From Tricharina praecox (Eukaryota), in contig NW_026250410.1 of NCBI RefSeq assembly GCF_024521635.1, forward strand, positions 744,001 through 808,000: a stretch of 64,000 nucleotides of DNA. The letters are read 5' to 3'. The translations under genes and the position numbers were made by a program. Positions within the stretch are counted from its first letter, which is position 1, and the number at the start of each line of letters is the position of its first letter. The notes under the pieces are model-generated. The model was not told the DNA's origin. It searched no databases and worked only from the letters and a program-made list of their open reading frames with translations. Positions 11,456 to 25,600 of this stretch are shown here, piece by piece.

Positions 11456-13206
11456 CAATTGGGGAAGCCGAATTATTACTCTTGCGAAGGGCAGTCTGTG
11501 GAGAGGTTTGAAAGCTGGATTGGCCGTGGGTTCCGGAGGTTGGGTGGAGGTGAGTATCTCTGGTGGTGGAGGTGTGTTGAACAGCGGTGGCTGTGGGGTA
11601 ACGGAGCGGTGACGGGAGCAAGCGATCCCAGCTATGTGACCTGTATAGAGTATCTAGCCCCTAGATACGCACGAGATTGTGTTTCCGTGGTATTTGGTCC
11701 TGCTGTTGCTATTGTTGCTGCTATTAATGGTGCTGGTAGTATTGCTGCTTCCTGTTGGCCGTTGTTGGTGGTGCTTGGTGCTATTGCTGGGAGCCGTGTG
11801 TCGAGGTTAAGGTTGGGGTTGGGTTTGAAGTGGAGTTGTAGAATCGACTGGGACTGGGTCGACTAGGATTGGCTGGACCGACAAGTAGGGAACGAGAGCG
11901 GCAGCAAACAGCACGCACGTTGATCGAGTTGACGGCTGGCTGGGACGGAAGATTCGCGGGCGACAGGCGGCGGGAGCGGGCGGGGGAGGGTTTAGAATGA
12001 AGAGGGTGAGGTGAAGCAACACGGACGTGTTGGGGGAGGGGGATTAGTATCAGTAGGGTAGCTAGTGGTTTTGGGGGAGGGGGTGGTGGTAATGGTAGTG
12101 GTGGAGGTGGTGGAGGTGGAGCTGGTGATGGTAGCGGTGGTGGTGGTTGGATCCAAGCTGTAGCTGCGGGTCCAGGGGCAGGCGGGAGTTTCGTTTCGTT
12201 TCGCTTTTTGGAGAGTAGGAGTGAGGAGAAGTGACGATGAGGAGGGAGGGGGTTTGCTGGGTTGGGGAGGTGGCGAAGATGGGGACGGGGTGACGAGGTG
12301 TTGATGAGGGGGAGGAGCTCTCACTGTCTGTCAGTCCCTTTCAGTCGCTCTTCTCACTGTCTCTCTCTGTCTTTCACCAATAATCATACGGTTGACATGT
12401 ACCTCTATGCAGTCTACCGTAACTTCTATTGTCACCTCGACGCTTGCTTGCTGTCTACGAGTGGAACCATACATTGGGTCTACACATGTCTCAATCGTCA
12501 ATCAATCAATCGAGCCATCGTTTGGGCCATGACCGAATCCCTCGATGATGTAGATGCTTCTTCTAAGTTTTGAATACCCTCGGTGACGGAGTCCGGAGAA
12601 TTAACTCGCCGAGAATCAATTAAGGGCACCGAAAGGGCAGCAAGCGAGAATGACGAAGCTCACGTTGAAGCATATATATAACAGACGTCTGCAGTGTAGG
12701 GTATGTAGAATGTCCAAGCACTTTGACATCGTGTTGCGTCGCCGGTGCTTAGGCTCCAAAGTCTGTTCGATTTCGTTCTGTTCCAACCCGTGCTCTGCTC
12801 GCGAGCGGAGAGACCTGTGCGCTCGCCTTCACCGACAGCAGTTCCGAGTTACGGCACCGCGAATTGCCCGAACCGGCCGATTTGTAGTCAATTTGCTGCA
12901 TGGGCGGGTAAAGGCTGTTAATTGACCCGATGTGGCCCGAGCTCACGGTGCGTGGTCTCCTCCAATTCCCCACGTGTTGCGACGCGTTCCCCCGCACAAA
13001 CTTTTGCAGCCCCACCAAAAAAAATTATCCGCGTATAAACACGCGCACGGTTCATGCAAAGGAAAAACAAAGGCATCTCTCTCGAAAAACACGTGGTTCC
13101 CAGCTTCCAAGTCCTCGAAGTTAAAAGCCAAGCGTCAGCAATTCCTGCCGCTGTTGTCAGCAACCTTACTGCCACCGCTGCGGTGCCCTCCATCGGCAAC
13201 CTCGAG

Positions 13207-15295
13207 ATGGATGCTCAACCCGAACGTGCGGACCCCGTCCAGTCCACAGCAGCGAGCTCCCGGGACAATCACATCCAATCCAGCCCCTGGATACCGATAC
13301 CAGACAAGCGCATCATCTGCGTCGAGCATCCCGGGATAATCCGCAATGTCGAGAAGGGAATTGCTACCCTCGGAGGAGAGGAAGCTCTTGCAAAGGTAGC
13401 TCCTATGGCTCTGTGGCATTGTGCAGGCACTCTGACTTGAGCTTGAAACAACAGCTCGCCGCCGCCAACGGAAATATGGCACTTCACCTGCGCTTTCGTC
13501 CGGACGATCCAATGCAGCCACCCATCGAGTCGCGCACCGTTCCCACCAACAATTTGCTACTGAAGATTACCATCCCACGACGAAAGAAGAGAAGGGGGAC
13601 GAAGGACGGTGTTGATGAGGCACCTGGGACGGATGGCGCTTCATCGTCTGCAAAGGAAATGACTCTGCCGGAAAAATTAAGGGCCGCAAAGGGAAACTAC
13701 AAAGTGGAAGCTATAGGGAGAATTGAGAAGACAGTCCGGTTTAGAGGTTGGCTTTATGTCCATACAGTCTTCTTTGGTCGGATCATTGATGGCAAGATAG
13801 ACATGGCGAGCTTCCAGTGGAATTCCTCGAATTCGGACTTCATAAACAAAATGAAGGATAAACTGATGGACGGCGACTGTATCCATTCCCATACAGGCCT
13901 CGACCAAATCCAGCGAAGCTGACCAAACGTCCAGATGAGAAGATTCGCTCTTTCGAGCTGAGCAAGGACAGAGGAGATCCTAACTCTGAAATTCTGCCGC
14001 CTCCGACATTCTCGAACACGGTGATACCGCACACATACTTGTAACCCAATCCCATCCGCCAGTCAACCCTACGGTGCTGATATTACTGCAACAGCTATCG
14101 CCAGAACCCCGCGGTGAAACGGGCCCTGATCGACGGGAAAACATCACTCCTCAACTTCCAGGCTGCACCAAAGACTTTAACACCGATGGTCCACGTAACC
14201 ATCGCCGAAATTCCCACAAAGCCTGCTGACGTCCCGGAGTACGCACAACTCGACTCGCTGCACAAAGAATGCGTTGATCATCTGCGGGCTCTTTTCGAGC
14301 AGCGACCCATCTGGACACGCCGTGCACTATACAACAACTTTCCGAAACATCTCCAAACCATGGTCCGCTTCACCATGGCACATGTGGCGTATATGTGGCG
14401 GGCCGGACCTTGGAGGGATACTTGTGTTAAGTATGGAGTGGATCCGCGTTCGGATCCTAAATACCGCTTTTACCAAAGCGTCTTCTTCCAGATCGAGACG
14501 CATAAATCTAGGCCATCCTACCAATCCGGCAGCAACATTGATAATAGTCATATCTTTGACGGTAAACGGTTGATTCGGGATGGTAGATGTTTCCAGCTGT
14601 GCGATGTGACGGATCCGTTGATGCAACAGTTGATCAATACACCCAACCTCAGGAAAACGTGTGATGTAAGTCACAGACCGCCAATACCGGTCCTGTGTGA
14701 CGGTTCACTGACACAGAGCAAGTAGACTACAGACGGTTGGTATCGTTACAGCACCATCGCCAAGATCAAAGCTGTCATGAAGGCCAAAATCATGGCGCTG
14801 ACAGAAGACAAGCAACTCCTGGAGACTGACTATGTTGCGATCTTTGAGCAAGAGAGCGAAGACGAGGACCAAGAGGCGGCCAGAAAAGCAAGGGACGCGA
14901 AAGAGAGGGAGCTACGGGCCCAGAAGAGGCGTGTTGGAACTCGCTTTTTGAGACATTCCTTGCCGGAAAGGATGAACCCCGCCGAGGGAAGGCCTGAAGC
15001 ACAACTTGGGGACGAGGAAGCCGCCGAGATCACCCGCGGCGAAGATGATGTGGATGAAGATGAGGATAATGGCGAATGGGAGCAGGAATTGGAGCTGCCC
15101 ACGTCGCAGGGCCAGGTTGATGGTCGTGTAGACCAGATGATGGCTCAGTACATGAACCAGGGCGACATAGGTGAGTCCAGTAGCACCAGCTTCGTATCAC
15201 CTCCAGCTAATCACCGAGTAGCATTTGAAGGCGAAGACGATGATGAGGCCGGATTTGATGTCCTTGGTAGCGAGGATGACGACGATGAGGAATAG
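13207..15295 (+). CDS. TFC1: RNA polymerase III transcription factor TFIIIC subunit tau95 (Tfc1/Sfc1/GTF3C5); ~6 introns
   Basis: Motifs IICVEHPGII..GIATLGG, LRFRPDDP, TNNLLLKIT, TVRFR, LFEQRPIWTRRAL, GPWRDTCVKYGVDPR and FQLCDVTDP; acidic C-terminal tail. Confidence 0.9.
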
Positions 15296-16698
15296 GATTA
15301 TCAGCTCGCAGGTTGCTTGGGAAGTCAAATCGAGTGCGATAAGGTGATTGCAACAATTGGAGAGTCCATGTTGGCCCTTTAAGTAGTCACGCAGCACTAT
15401 TTCTCCTACCACGGGAAATGTATTATCCCATTATCGAGAGGATTGTGATCGGACGTATTTGCAAACCAGAGGTTGACCAATTACAAGTGAGCAACTCTAA
15501 TGCACAACTTTGTAGAAGCACACCGTAAAGTAGCCCCCTGGTCAGCAGATCGAATTGTATAACCGCCATAAACTCAGAAGCACAATGGCCTGCGGGGCAA
15601 ACAACGAGATCTTGAGCTTTGAATTGCAGGGATCGTCATCCGATAACCCGCTGCTCGGAGACGTAGTAGTTGTTTGTTGGTCTACCTCACGTATGCATGG
15701 TTGGTGTTGGGGACGACGGGTGCCTGGTGATAGGGCGGTTATCGTTGTCCCGGCATGGATTGGCTGATTCGCGAGGCTTACGATGTGCTTCTGGAGCGGG
15801 GTTGAATTCAACTTCCATTCCGGGTGCATATGCTTGGAAACCGTCTCACCGGTGGGAATAGTAAGGAATGAACTACTAGTGGTGAGTCCAATGATGTATG
15901 CGGACATGGATACAGGCTTTGCGTACGGAATGGGTCTTGGGGCTCTGAGATTTGGTCCTCACTGTGTGGAGTACTCTACCGTTGCGGTGGTGCGGGTTGG
16001 TTGTCTGCCTACAATCCAAGTTTAGCCCAATTCGTTGCGGCTCTGTTCCTGTACAACATGCCCAGCTCCTCTAACCACGAATGACCTCTTGGCAGCTTAG
16101 TAACCAAGGTCTGTCGGGGTCTATCGCGATTCCTCTCTTCGCGTTTTATGGTCCGCCGCAGCAAGCAAAGGCGCCCAGGCCCGTCCTGGATACTTCACTC
16201 CAAATCCACGACTCAGTAGCCTACACATCACACCTCTGCAACACCTCCCGAACTCTGCACGACTGAGCTACTTACTTCACCTGCCGAGCTTGATCCTCAA
16301 TACCTTCGTCCATTCGCTCCTGTAAGTCCTAGAATGAATTGCTGTCACACGCGCACTTTCGCGCAAGATGCTACCTCGCTCGCTTGTCGCGCACAACAGC
16401 TGCACCTGCAATTCGTAGTACTCTACATCCACCATTCCTCTTCCCTCCGACTTTGCAGCCAGGCTGAAGTGCTTCTGCTCACTCTCGGTGTTTCCTTCCA
16501 GTTTCCAAGCTCAAGATCATCAACGTTTCCCCGCAGCCACGCACTCCTAGCCGAATAGCAACAATAACCTACGACTCGAAACGAACACAACTTCATTCAC
16601 ATACCTGCGCTTCCTTTCATTTAATACCTCAATAGCTGCTGCTGGTTTGTATTGAGTATACTACAGCTGAAGCCGGTTCGGACCGAAGTTTTGCGACT

Positions 16699-19600
16699 AT
16701 GGCGGGCGTAGGTGCCGAAGTCTATGCCGCTAGGCTGGCCGACCCGACCAAAGGTTTGAAGCCCTCGACGCCCGTGCGAAGACCTGATGGACCTGGTTTC
16801 TGACGACCCTGTGGGGGGATGAATAGAGGCGAAGGTGAAGCTGCAGACCGCGGGCGAGCTGCGCGATTCAATAGACCTGTTCACGCATACCGTCCCGGCC
16901 GAATACAAAAATTTCCTGACGAAGCTCATGCCCGTGTTTCTGGAAATCCTCCGCGGACCCCCGGTGTTCGTCTCGACGTCACCGGAACAGGTGTGTGCTC
17001 GCATTCCCCGTGCTTGCACTACGCTCGAGATAGCTAACGGCCGCGGTCGGGCGTAGAAACTACGGAATATGATCCTCGACACTATACACCGACTACCCTT
17101 CGTACCAGCAGACGCTCTGGAACCATGGCGGACAGAAGTGCTCACCCTACTGATGAACTTGGTCCGGATAGAGAATGAAGAGAATGCCGTGCTCTGTATG
17201 AAGACGATAATGGATTTCCAGAGAACGTACCAAAAACAACTAGGCGAGCAGGTCCAACCATTCTTAGACCTAATAATGGACATGTTCAAGCAGATGCCCA
17301 AGGCGGTAAAGGATACATTCGACAACGCTTCGACAACGACCTCGGGGGCCACGCCGATGCCCAGCACACCAGGCAACCTCCAGAGTCCGAAACCAAACTC
17401 ACCGGTCCCAGGAGCGGATCCATCTGGCTCCGACCAGAACCAGCCCGCAAAGACGTTGACGAAGGGAATGCAGAGCTTCAAAGTGCTAGCAGAGTGTCCC
17501 ATCATCGTTGTGAGCTTGTTCCAAGCACATCGCAACTCTGTGCAAAAGAACGTGAAGCTCTTCGTCCCTTTGATCAAGGAAATGCTGCAGCTTCAGGCTG
17601 GCCCACAGAAAGAGGCCCACGATCAGGCGAAGGCCAGGGGTGAGAACTTCACTGGCGTCAGCTCGGGAATCAAGAACAGAGTGGCGTTTGGCGAATTCGT
17701 CACCGCTCAGGTCAAGGTTAGATGCTTTTTTAATACAATGAACGTAGTGTAGTAGCAGCCATAGCTTACGACGAGGTTTTTTAGACCATGAGCTTCTTAG
17801 CATATGTCCTACGGGTTTACGCACAGCAATTAACGGATTTCTTGCCGTTTCTTCCCGAAATCGTCGTGCGGCTACTGAAAGATTGCCCGAGAGAAAGATC
17901 GGGGGCTAGAAAGGTGTGCAATGTTCACCTCCCCGTATATGGCTTGTCGTCTCTAATACCGCCCGTTTCTAGGAACTGTTGGTGGCGACAAGACATATCA
18001 TCAATTTCAATTTCCGGCGGATTTTCCTTAAGAAGATCGATGAGCTCTTGGACGAGCGAGTGCTCATCGGTGACGGTCTTACCGTTTACGAGACCATGAG
18101 GTTCGGCTTCTCGAATCATCGCGATCCCTGCATCATGCTGACTTATTCGCGATAGGCCGTTAGCCTACAGTATGTTGGCGGATCTGATTCATCACGTCCG
18201 CGAACAGCTCAAGCCCGACCAAATCAGGCGCACTGTGGATGTTTACACCAAGAACCTCCACGATAATTTCCCTGGCACCAGTTTCCAGACCATGAGTGCC
18301 AAATTGTTGTTGAACCTGGCCGAGTATATCGCAAAGCTGGAAGACAAGCAGGAGGCACGACATTTCTTGATCATGATCTTGGATGCCATCGCCGAGAAAT
18401 TTGCCGCCATGAACCGGCAATACCCTAATGCTGTGAAGACAAGCAGGCTCCATAAGAAGCACCGGGACGAGGGCAAGATGGACGAGGACCCACCGGAGGA
18501 TATGAGCAAGGAGGATTATGATGAAATTGAGATTTTCATGGCGACACCGATCAAGACATCGAACGCTAGGGAACGTGGAATTGACCCGGTCACGGATAAC
18601 AAGTTCCTCTTCAAGAATTTGATGAACGGGCTGAAGAGTATGCTCTTTTCTCTCAGGGCTTGCAACCCACCATCGCCGCCGGGAGAGAACATGCCGTCCA
18701 ATTGGAATGAAGTAGCGTTTGGATTCAGTGCCGAGGAAGTCAACATCATTATCAAGCTGTTCCGAGAAGGTGCCCGCGTTTTCAGGTATTATAAGGAACT
18801 CGACGCCGACGAGGACTCGGACGTCGCCACCACTCCGCATTTCGTGGCCCCTAATGGCAAGGAGGAGAAGGAGCTTTTGGAGACTTTCGCTACTGTCTTC
18901 CATTGCATCGATCCGGCCACCTTCCATGAGGTTTTCCACTCGGAGATCCCATTCTTGTACCGCATGATGTTTGAGCATTCGGCGTTGTTGCATGTTCCAC
19001 AGTTCTTCCTGGCGAGCGAGGCAACATCCCCCAGCTTTTGCGGCATGTTGCTGCAATTCCTCATGAACAACATCGAGGACGTTGGAACCGACGACCCAAA
19101 GAAGTCGCATGTGCTGCTGAGACTGTTCAAGTTGTCCTTCATGGCTGTCACGCTGTTCTCGGCGCAGAACGAGGCCGTGTTGCTCCCCCACGTGCGTGAC
19201 ATCGTCCTCAAGTCCCTCCACCTGGCAACTACGGCGGCCGAGCCGATGAACTACTTCTACCTATTACGATCTCTCTTCCGAAGTATCGGAGGTGGACGGT
19301 TCGAACATCTGTACAAGGAGATTCTTCCTCTGCTCGAAGTCCTCCTGGAGAACTTGAACACCCAGCTCAACTCTGCGCGGAAGCCACAAGAGAGAGACTT
19401 GTACGTGGAGCTATGTCTTACGGTCCCTGCACGACTCAGCAACTTGCTTCCCCATCTTAGCTACCTGATGAAACCCCTAGTCGTGGCTCTGCGTGCCGGC
19501 CCGGAACTGGTCAGCAAGGGACTAAAGACGCTCGAGCTCTGTGTGGACAACCTGACACCTGACTACCTGGATCCTATCATGGCACCGTACATCGACGATT

Positions 19601-22600
19601 TGATGGCGGCGCTGTGGGAGCACCTCAAGCCGCTTCCGTACAACCATTTCCACAGTCATACGACTATGCGCATTCTCGGCAAGCTTGGTGGACGGAACAG
19701 GAGATTTCTCACCCATCCCCCGGAGCTCGAGTATAAGACTTACTCGGATGATGCTTCAAGTATCAATGTCAAGCTCATCGGTGCACCCGGCGAGAGGCCT
19801 TTCCCCATACTGCAAATGGTCGAGCTCGCCCTCGGCAAGATCCTCGAAGTCAAGCTGTCGAAGACGGACCAGGAGAAGAAGACCGATATCTTTTACAAGC
19901 AGCAGTCCCTCCGGTACCTGGCCTCCACATTGAAGATCTTCATCGGCTATGATCAGTTGCCCGAGGACTTCCTGCAGATGGTTAGGCTGTACGCCAACGA
20001 TCTCTACGAGGGGTCAACCGAGTCGTCGGAGTCTGTTATCGCCATATCAGACCGCACAAAGTCCGTGTTCAAAAAGCACGAACAGGAGGCAGTGTTGCGT
20101 AAGCTTCTCCAGGCAGTGATGCACGCTACCGCTATCGGGCAGTTGGCTGAGGAGGCTACCTCGCTCGCGTTCGATGTGTGTCGGCATTTCATCATTCTTG
20201 AAGTTGGACGAGCGGTCATCGAGATGCGGCAACGGAAGCAGCAATTCGCCGTTAATGGCGGCGAAGGTCCTATGCACCTTGACAGCAGAGTGTTGGCTGA
20301 TGCAATCGGCGACTGCCTCTCCTCCGATCGCACCGAAGTCCGCGAGACCGCTAAGAACGCCATGAAAGTGATGTTTGAGGCAGCTGCGGTTGTCTTCGGC
20401 TCGGATGAGAAGGTGCACCGCCTGCCATTCTTCTTCTACCTCTCAAAGACTTTCTGTCATAACTGCTACGAGGAGGAGTGGTATCCGAAGTTTGGTGGCG
20501 TTCAGGGTATTCGGGCGCTTGTTGAGGACCTGGGTATGGGTCTGGACTGGTTGAAGGAACGTCAGAACGACTTCGTGAGAGCACTTCTTTACGTCATTAA
20601 GGATGTCCCACAAGATTTACCTGCTTTCACCCGAGAATTGGCACAAGAAACATTGAAGTTGGTTCTTCGGACGTGCAACCAGAACGCCTCGAAGGAGGAG
20701 TTCACGAGGCAGCATACCAAGAATTTCAACCTTTGCGCGCTGCTCTTCGTTGAGATCTCAAATCCGAACAAGCACGTACGAGAAGCAGTCCAGAATGCGT
20801 TTGTCATCTTGGAGAATATGATCGGCATCCCCAAGCATACGTTGATGCTTCCGGTGAAGGAGCGGCTCCTGACGCCTATTTTCAACAAGCCTCTACGAGC
20901 CCTGCCGTTCGCCTGTCAGATCGGATACATCGACGCCATCACCTACTGTCTTAAGCTCGAACCGGGTTTCCTCGAGTTCAATGACGAGATGAATCGGCTC
21001 ATGATGGAAGCCCTTGCACTGGCCGATGCCGACGACGAGCAGTTGTCGAATAACAGGCTCCAGGAGCATCGCACCACCGAGGCGGTTCTCAATCTCAGAG
21101 TTGTATGTATCAAGCTGCTCTCAACGGCTATTCTGGCCCCCGAGTTCAATACTCCCGACAAGGCATCATCGCGCGCACGCATCATCTCGGTGTTCTTCAA
21201 GTCTCTGTATTACAAGGCACCCGAGGTCATTGAGGCCGCTAACAATGGTCTGAAGGGTGTATTGCAACAGACCAACAAGTTGCCCAGGGACCTCTTGCAG
21301 AGTGGACTTCGGCCCATCCTGATGAATCTTTCCGACCCCAAGAGGCTGAACGTGGCTGGACTGGAAGGACTGGCGCGCTTGCTCGAGCTCCTGACCAATT
21401 ACTTCAAGGTTGAGATAGGGTCTCGACTTCTTGAACATCTCAAGTCACTAGCAGACACCGCTTTCCTTCAACAGACGTCATCCAAGCTCCTCGAGCAGAA
21501 CCCGGTCATCAAGGTCATTGCCGCGATCCTCAACATCTTCCACCTGTTGCCGCCGGCAGCGGTTGGGTTCATGAGTGGATTGGTCACCATAGTGCTTGAC
21601 CTCGAGGAAAAGCTGCGGAGAACCCAACACAGCCCAGTGCGATTGCCGCTACTGAAGTTCATCAACCGGTATCCTGGCGAGACGTGGAAACATGTCCAAC
21701 CGAAGCTAGGGGAGATGAAGTACGGACGCCTGTTCGCTCAGCTCCTCAACGACGAGTCCAGCAAGCCGCTGAGGGATGTGGTGCAAGAGGATATCCCCGG
21801 TCTGCTAGAACACTCTATTGAACTAAAGGACAAGTCAGACGCGGAGAAGTTTGTGGCCATCATCAACGCCATAAACATAGTCAAGTCTATCGCGCCGTTT
21901 GCTCCTAAGGAATGGATGCGGGGTAATAGGGATTTGATGGTGAAACTCCTCAAGGCCGCGGTGATGATCCGTCAGAAATCGAAGGCGGGCGAAGTTCCGA
22001 TTCCCATCAAGCTCGCGGTTGAGCAGGCGTCAGCCACGGCGGTGGAGATTTTCATGGTGTACATGACGGAGGTGGATGACGATTTGGACTTTCTTTTCCA
22101 GGTGAGTTATTCATGAGCGGTGCGTGGTCAAAGCTAATATGGGTGGAAGGTTATCGATGCTACGACCTCTGATAGGCGTGCTCAGACGACTAATGTGTTG
22201 ACACATCACATCTACACCAAAATCATCCGCTCGGGAACCATCGAGCAATGGCGGAACATCATTTACAAGTGTCTCAGCCTCTACACTAATGGCTCCTCCC
22301 AGGAGACCAAGACGTTTGCTTTCCACTACTTGGTCAACCCTATTCTGGCTATGGACAAGAAGCGGGGATCCCCAATCATCAATGGCGAAAAGCTGGTCGA
22401 CAAGAACTTGATCGAGAATGTACACAACAAGATCTGGCGGCCGAATCTTGGCGACCTGGGCGATGACTCTGCTCAAGGCCTTGATCACTCGCGAATGGAG
22501 CTGCTGCAAATGTCTGCGCTCTTGATCCGTGACCACCAGCAGTCCCTCGCAGAAGCCAGAAAGGACGTGATCAAATTTGGTTGGAACTACATCAAACTTG

Positions 22601-25600
22601 AGGATATCGTCAACAAGCAGGCCGCGTACGTCCTCATCGCATTCTTCATTAAGCACTTCGACACACCGTCAAAGATTGTGATTCAGATCTACGTTGCATT
22701 GCTCAAGGCACATCAACACGAAGGACGGCCGCTGGTCACCCAGGCCTTGGAACTCATTGCGCCGGTATTGAAGAAGCGGGTTCCCACCCGTCCCGATGAC
22801 AAATATCCTATCTGGGCTCGATGGCCGAGGAGGATTCTGTCGGAGGAGGGCCACAACCCACACCAGATGACAAATATCTTCCAGTTCTTGGTCAGGCATG
22901 ACGACTTGTTCTTCGATTCGCGGGAACATTTCGCGACGTGGATTGTCACCGCGTTGCCAAAGCTTGTCATCCAAATCCCTAGCCCTTCTGCGGAGTATAA
23001 GAAACTCTTCATCAAGCTGGTGACTCTGATTTGGAAGTGGGAGCAGCATAGAGTTGAGATGTCTCGTGGAAGCGCTAGCCCGGATGTTTCCCCGTCGAAG
23101 AAGAGAAAACTCGATACTATGATGAGCAACATCACGGTGTCATCTCCATCCCAGACTGGTACCCAGGGAACCGAAGCCATATCGATGCAGCTGAGAGCGT
23201 TGGTCATTCGCCACCTTGTCCAGTTCATCTGCCGCCTGCCCGAGAAGTATATCGCGAAGCCGGATGAGCCATGTACCAAGGCTCTCCTCCTTCTGCGGGA
23301 CTTTTTGGGACCGAGTTACTGGGGAGGATTGGAGATCGACCTCTACCCCAAGATCATGACGGAATACTTAGTCACCAACGATATCTCGGACGCGACTTTG
23401 CCAGGGTTCGTGAATTCGCTCAATGTTCTGAAGGTTATTCTTGACCTCAAGGCCGACGAATGGGTCATGAGACAACTCGACACGATCCAGAAATATCTGG
23501 ATAAGCCCCTCCGGTCAGACAGTGCAGAGGTTCAAGAGAGTTTGCAGCCCGTCCTGGCACGTGTCCTTAGTGCTCTGCCCATCGAGAAGGTTGAAGGTGA
23601 GGATGAGGATGAGGAGCCGAAGGAGTCGCCCGAGAGCCAGTTTGTCGCGTCCTTGGGCAGCATCGTCCAGGAGAATTTGAACACCAATCTCATGTCGAGT
23701 GTTCACATCCTTCATACTCTATCAGAGAAGCGCCCTAGCGTCATCGACGACCATATCTCGGCCCTAATGAAGGCGTTCCAGAAGTTGGGCAAAGACCATC
23801 TTTCTGCGCCAGCCGTCGGGCCGGGAGGGACACCCATAGTTCAGAATGGCGCGAGACCGGACACCCCCGGCGGCAACTCGCAAATGTTTGACCCTGATAC
23901 CACGACGAAGCTGTTGTGCATGGTTATCGATGTGGCAGCGTCGAGGGTCTCGGTCCTCGGTGATCAACGCCGGCCGTTCTTGAGCGTCATGGCACAACTG
24001 GTGGAGAAGTCTGGAAGCACAACGCTCTGCAAAAAGATTCTTGGCATCGTTGAGAACTGGGTATTTAAGTCGACAGAAACTTTTCCGACTCTCAAGGAGA
24101 AGACGGCCGTCCTGTCCAAGATGCTCTCGTTCGAATCGCGTCCGGATCCAGAGCTGTGTAACAGCTTCCTGGAGCTCGTCATCAAGATCTATGAAGACCC
24201 GGTCATCACGAAGACGGAGTTGACTGTTCGCCTGGAGCACGCGTTCTTGGTCGGTACCAGGGCTAAGGATGTTAATATGCGCAATCGATTCCTTCAGATA
24301 TTTGATCGCAGCATCTCGCGGACTATCAGCAATAGGTTCAGCTTCGTCATGGCAACCCAGAACTGGGAAACGCTCAGCGATTCTTACTGGTTGCATCAGG
24401 CCACTCATCTGCTCTTTGGCTCGGTCGATATGGACCAGCGGATTGAGCTCCACAATGAAGACCTCAGAGTAATGCCCGCCTCGACACTGTTTACGACGTA
24501 CGGAGCCAAGGATGCACGTAAGGGGGATGTCATGCTCGACGACAAGTTTGAGGAGTTCATGTTCAAGCACAAACGGTTCTTGCAAGGCCTGGCGGATGTT
24601 CGCAGCGCGGATATCTTGGAGCCCCTCCGGCAGCTGCAGCATCTGGATTCGAAATCGGGCCATGAGATCTGGGTTAATCTGTTCCCGCTATGTTGGTCTG
24701 CCATCGGAAAGGAGGATCGGATGGACTTGTCGCGTGGAATCGTCGGACTACTCGCTAAGGATTGGCATAACCGCGCGATGGACAAGCGTCCCAACGTCAT
24801 TCAGAGTCTGTTGGAAGGTGTCGAGTTTTCGAAGCCGAAGCTCAACCTGCCGGCGCATCTGGTCAAGTTCCTGAGCCGAAGCTATGACGCATGGTACACT
24901 TCGTTGCACCTTCTCGAGGATAATGTCAACAAGCCGCCCATTGACGCGGCTGTTGTCCGCGAGAGCAATCTCGACGCCCTCGCTGAGATGTATGCTACTA
25001 TCGCCGAGGAGGACATGTTCTACGGCCTCTGGCGCCGCCGTGCAAATTACATCGAAACGAATAGTGCGATCTCGTTCGAGCAGCATGGCATGTGGGATAA
25101 AGCGCAGCAGATGTACGAGAATGCGCAGATCAAGGCCAGGACCGGGATGTTGCCGTTCTCCCACTCGGAATACATGCTCTGGGAGGACCACTGGGTTATT
25201 TGTGCCCAAAAGTTGCAGCAGTGGGAGATTCTCAGCGAGTTCGCGAAGCACGAGAACTACCCCGACCTGATGCTTGAGTGCGGATGGCGGTTGATTGATA
25301 ACTGGAATGGTAGCGAAGGAGAGCGGATGGACCAGACTATCAAGAGTCTGATGGATGCGCCCACGCCTCGACGGTTCTTCTTTGCTGCGTTCATGGCGCT
25401 GCAGAAAGTTCACCAGAAGACGGAGGTCCCCACGGAGTTCTCGAGGCTGTGTGATGAGGCCATTCAACTGTCGCTGCGCAAGTGGCATAGTCTGCCCAAG
25501 AATATCACACAGGCCCACATCCCGCTTCTGCAAACTTTCCAGCAGTTGGTTGAGCTTCACGACGCCAGTGTGATCTATGCTAGCCTCAACTCTACCACGG

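Noticed and set aside
16621..17577. Long antisense ORFs over TRA1, FAL1 and other genes
   Set aside because: Shadow frames of GC3-rich coding sequence with no recognisable domains.
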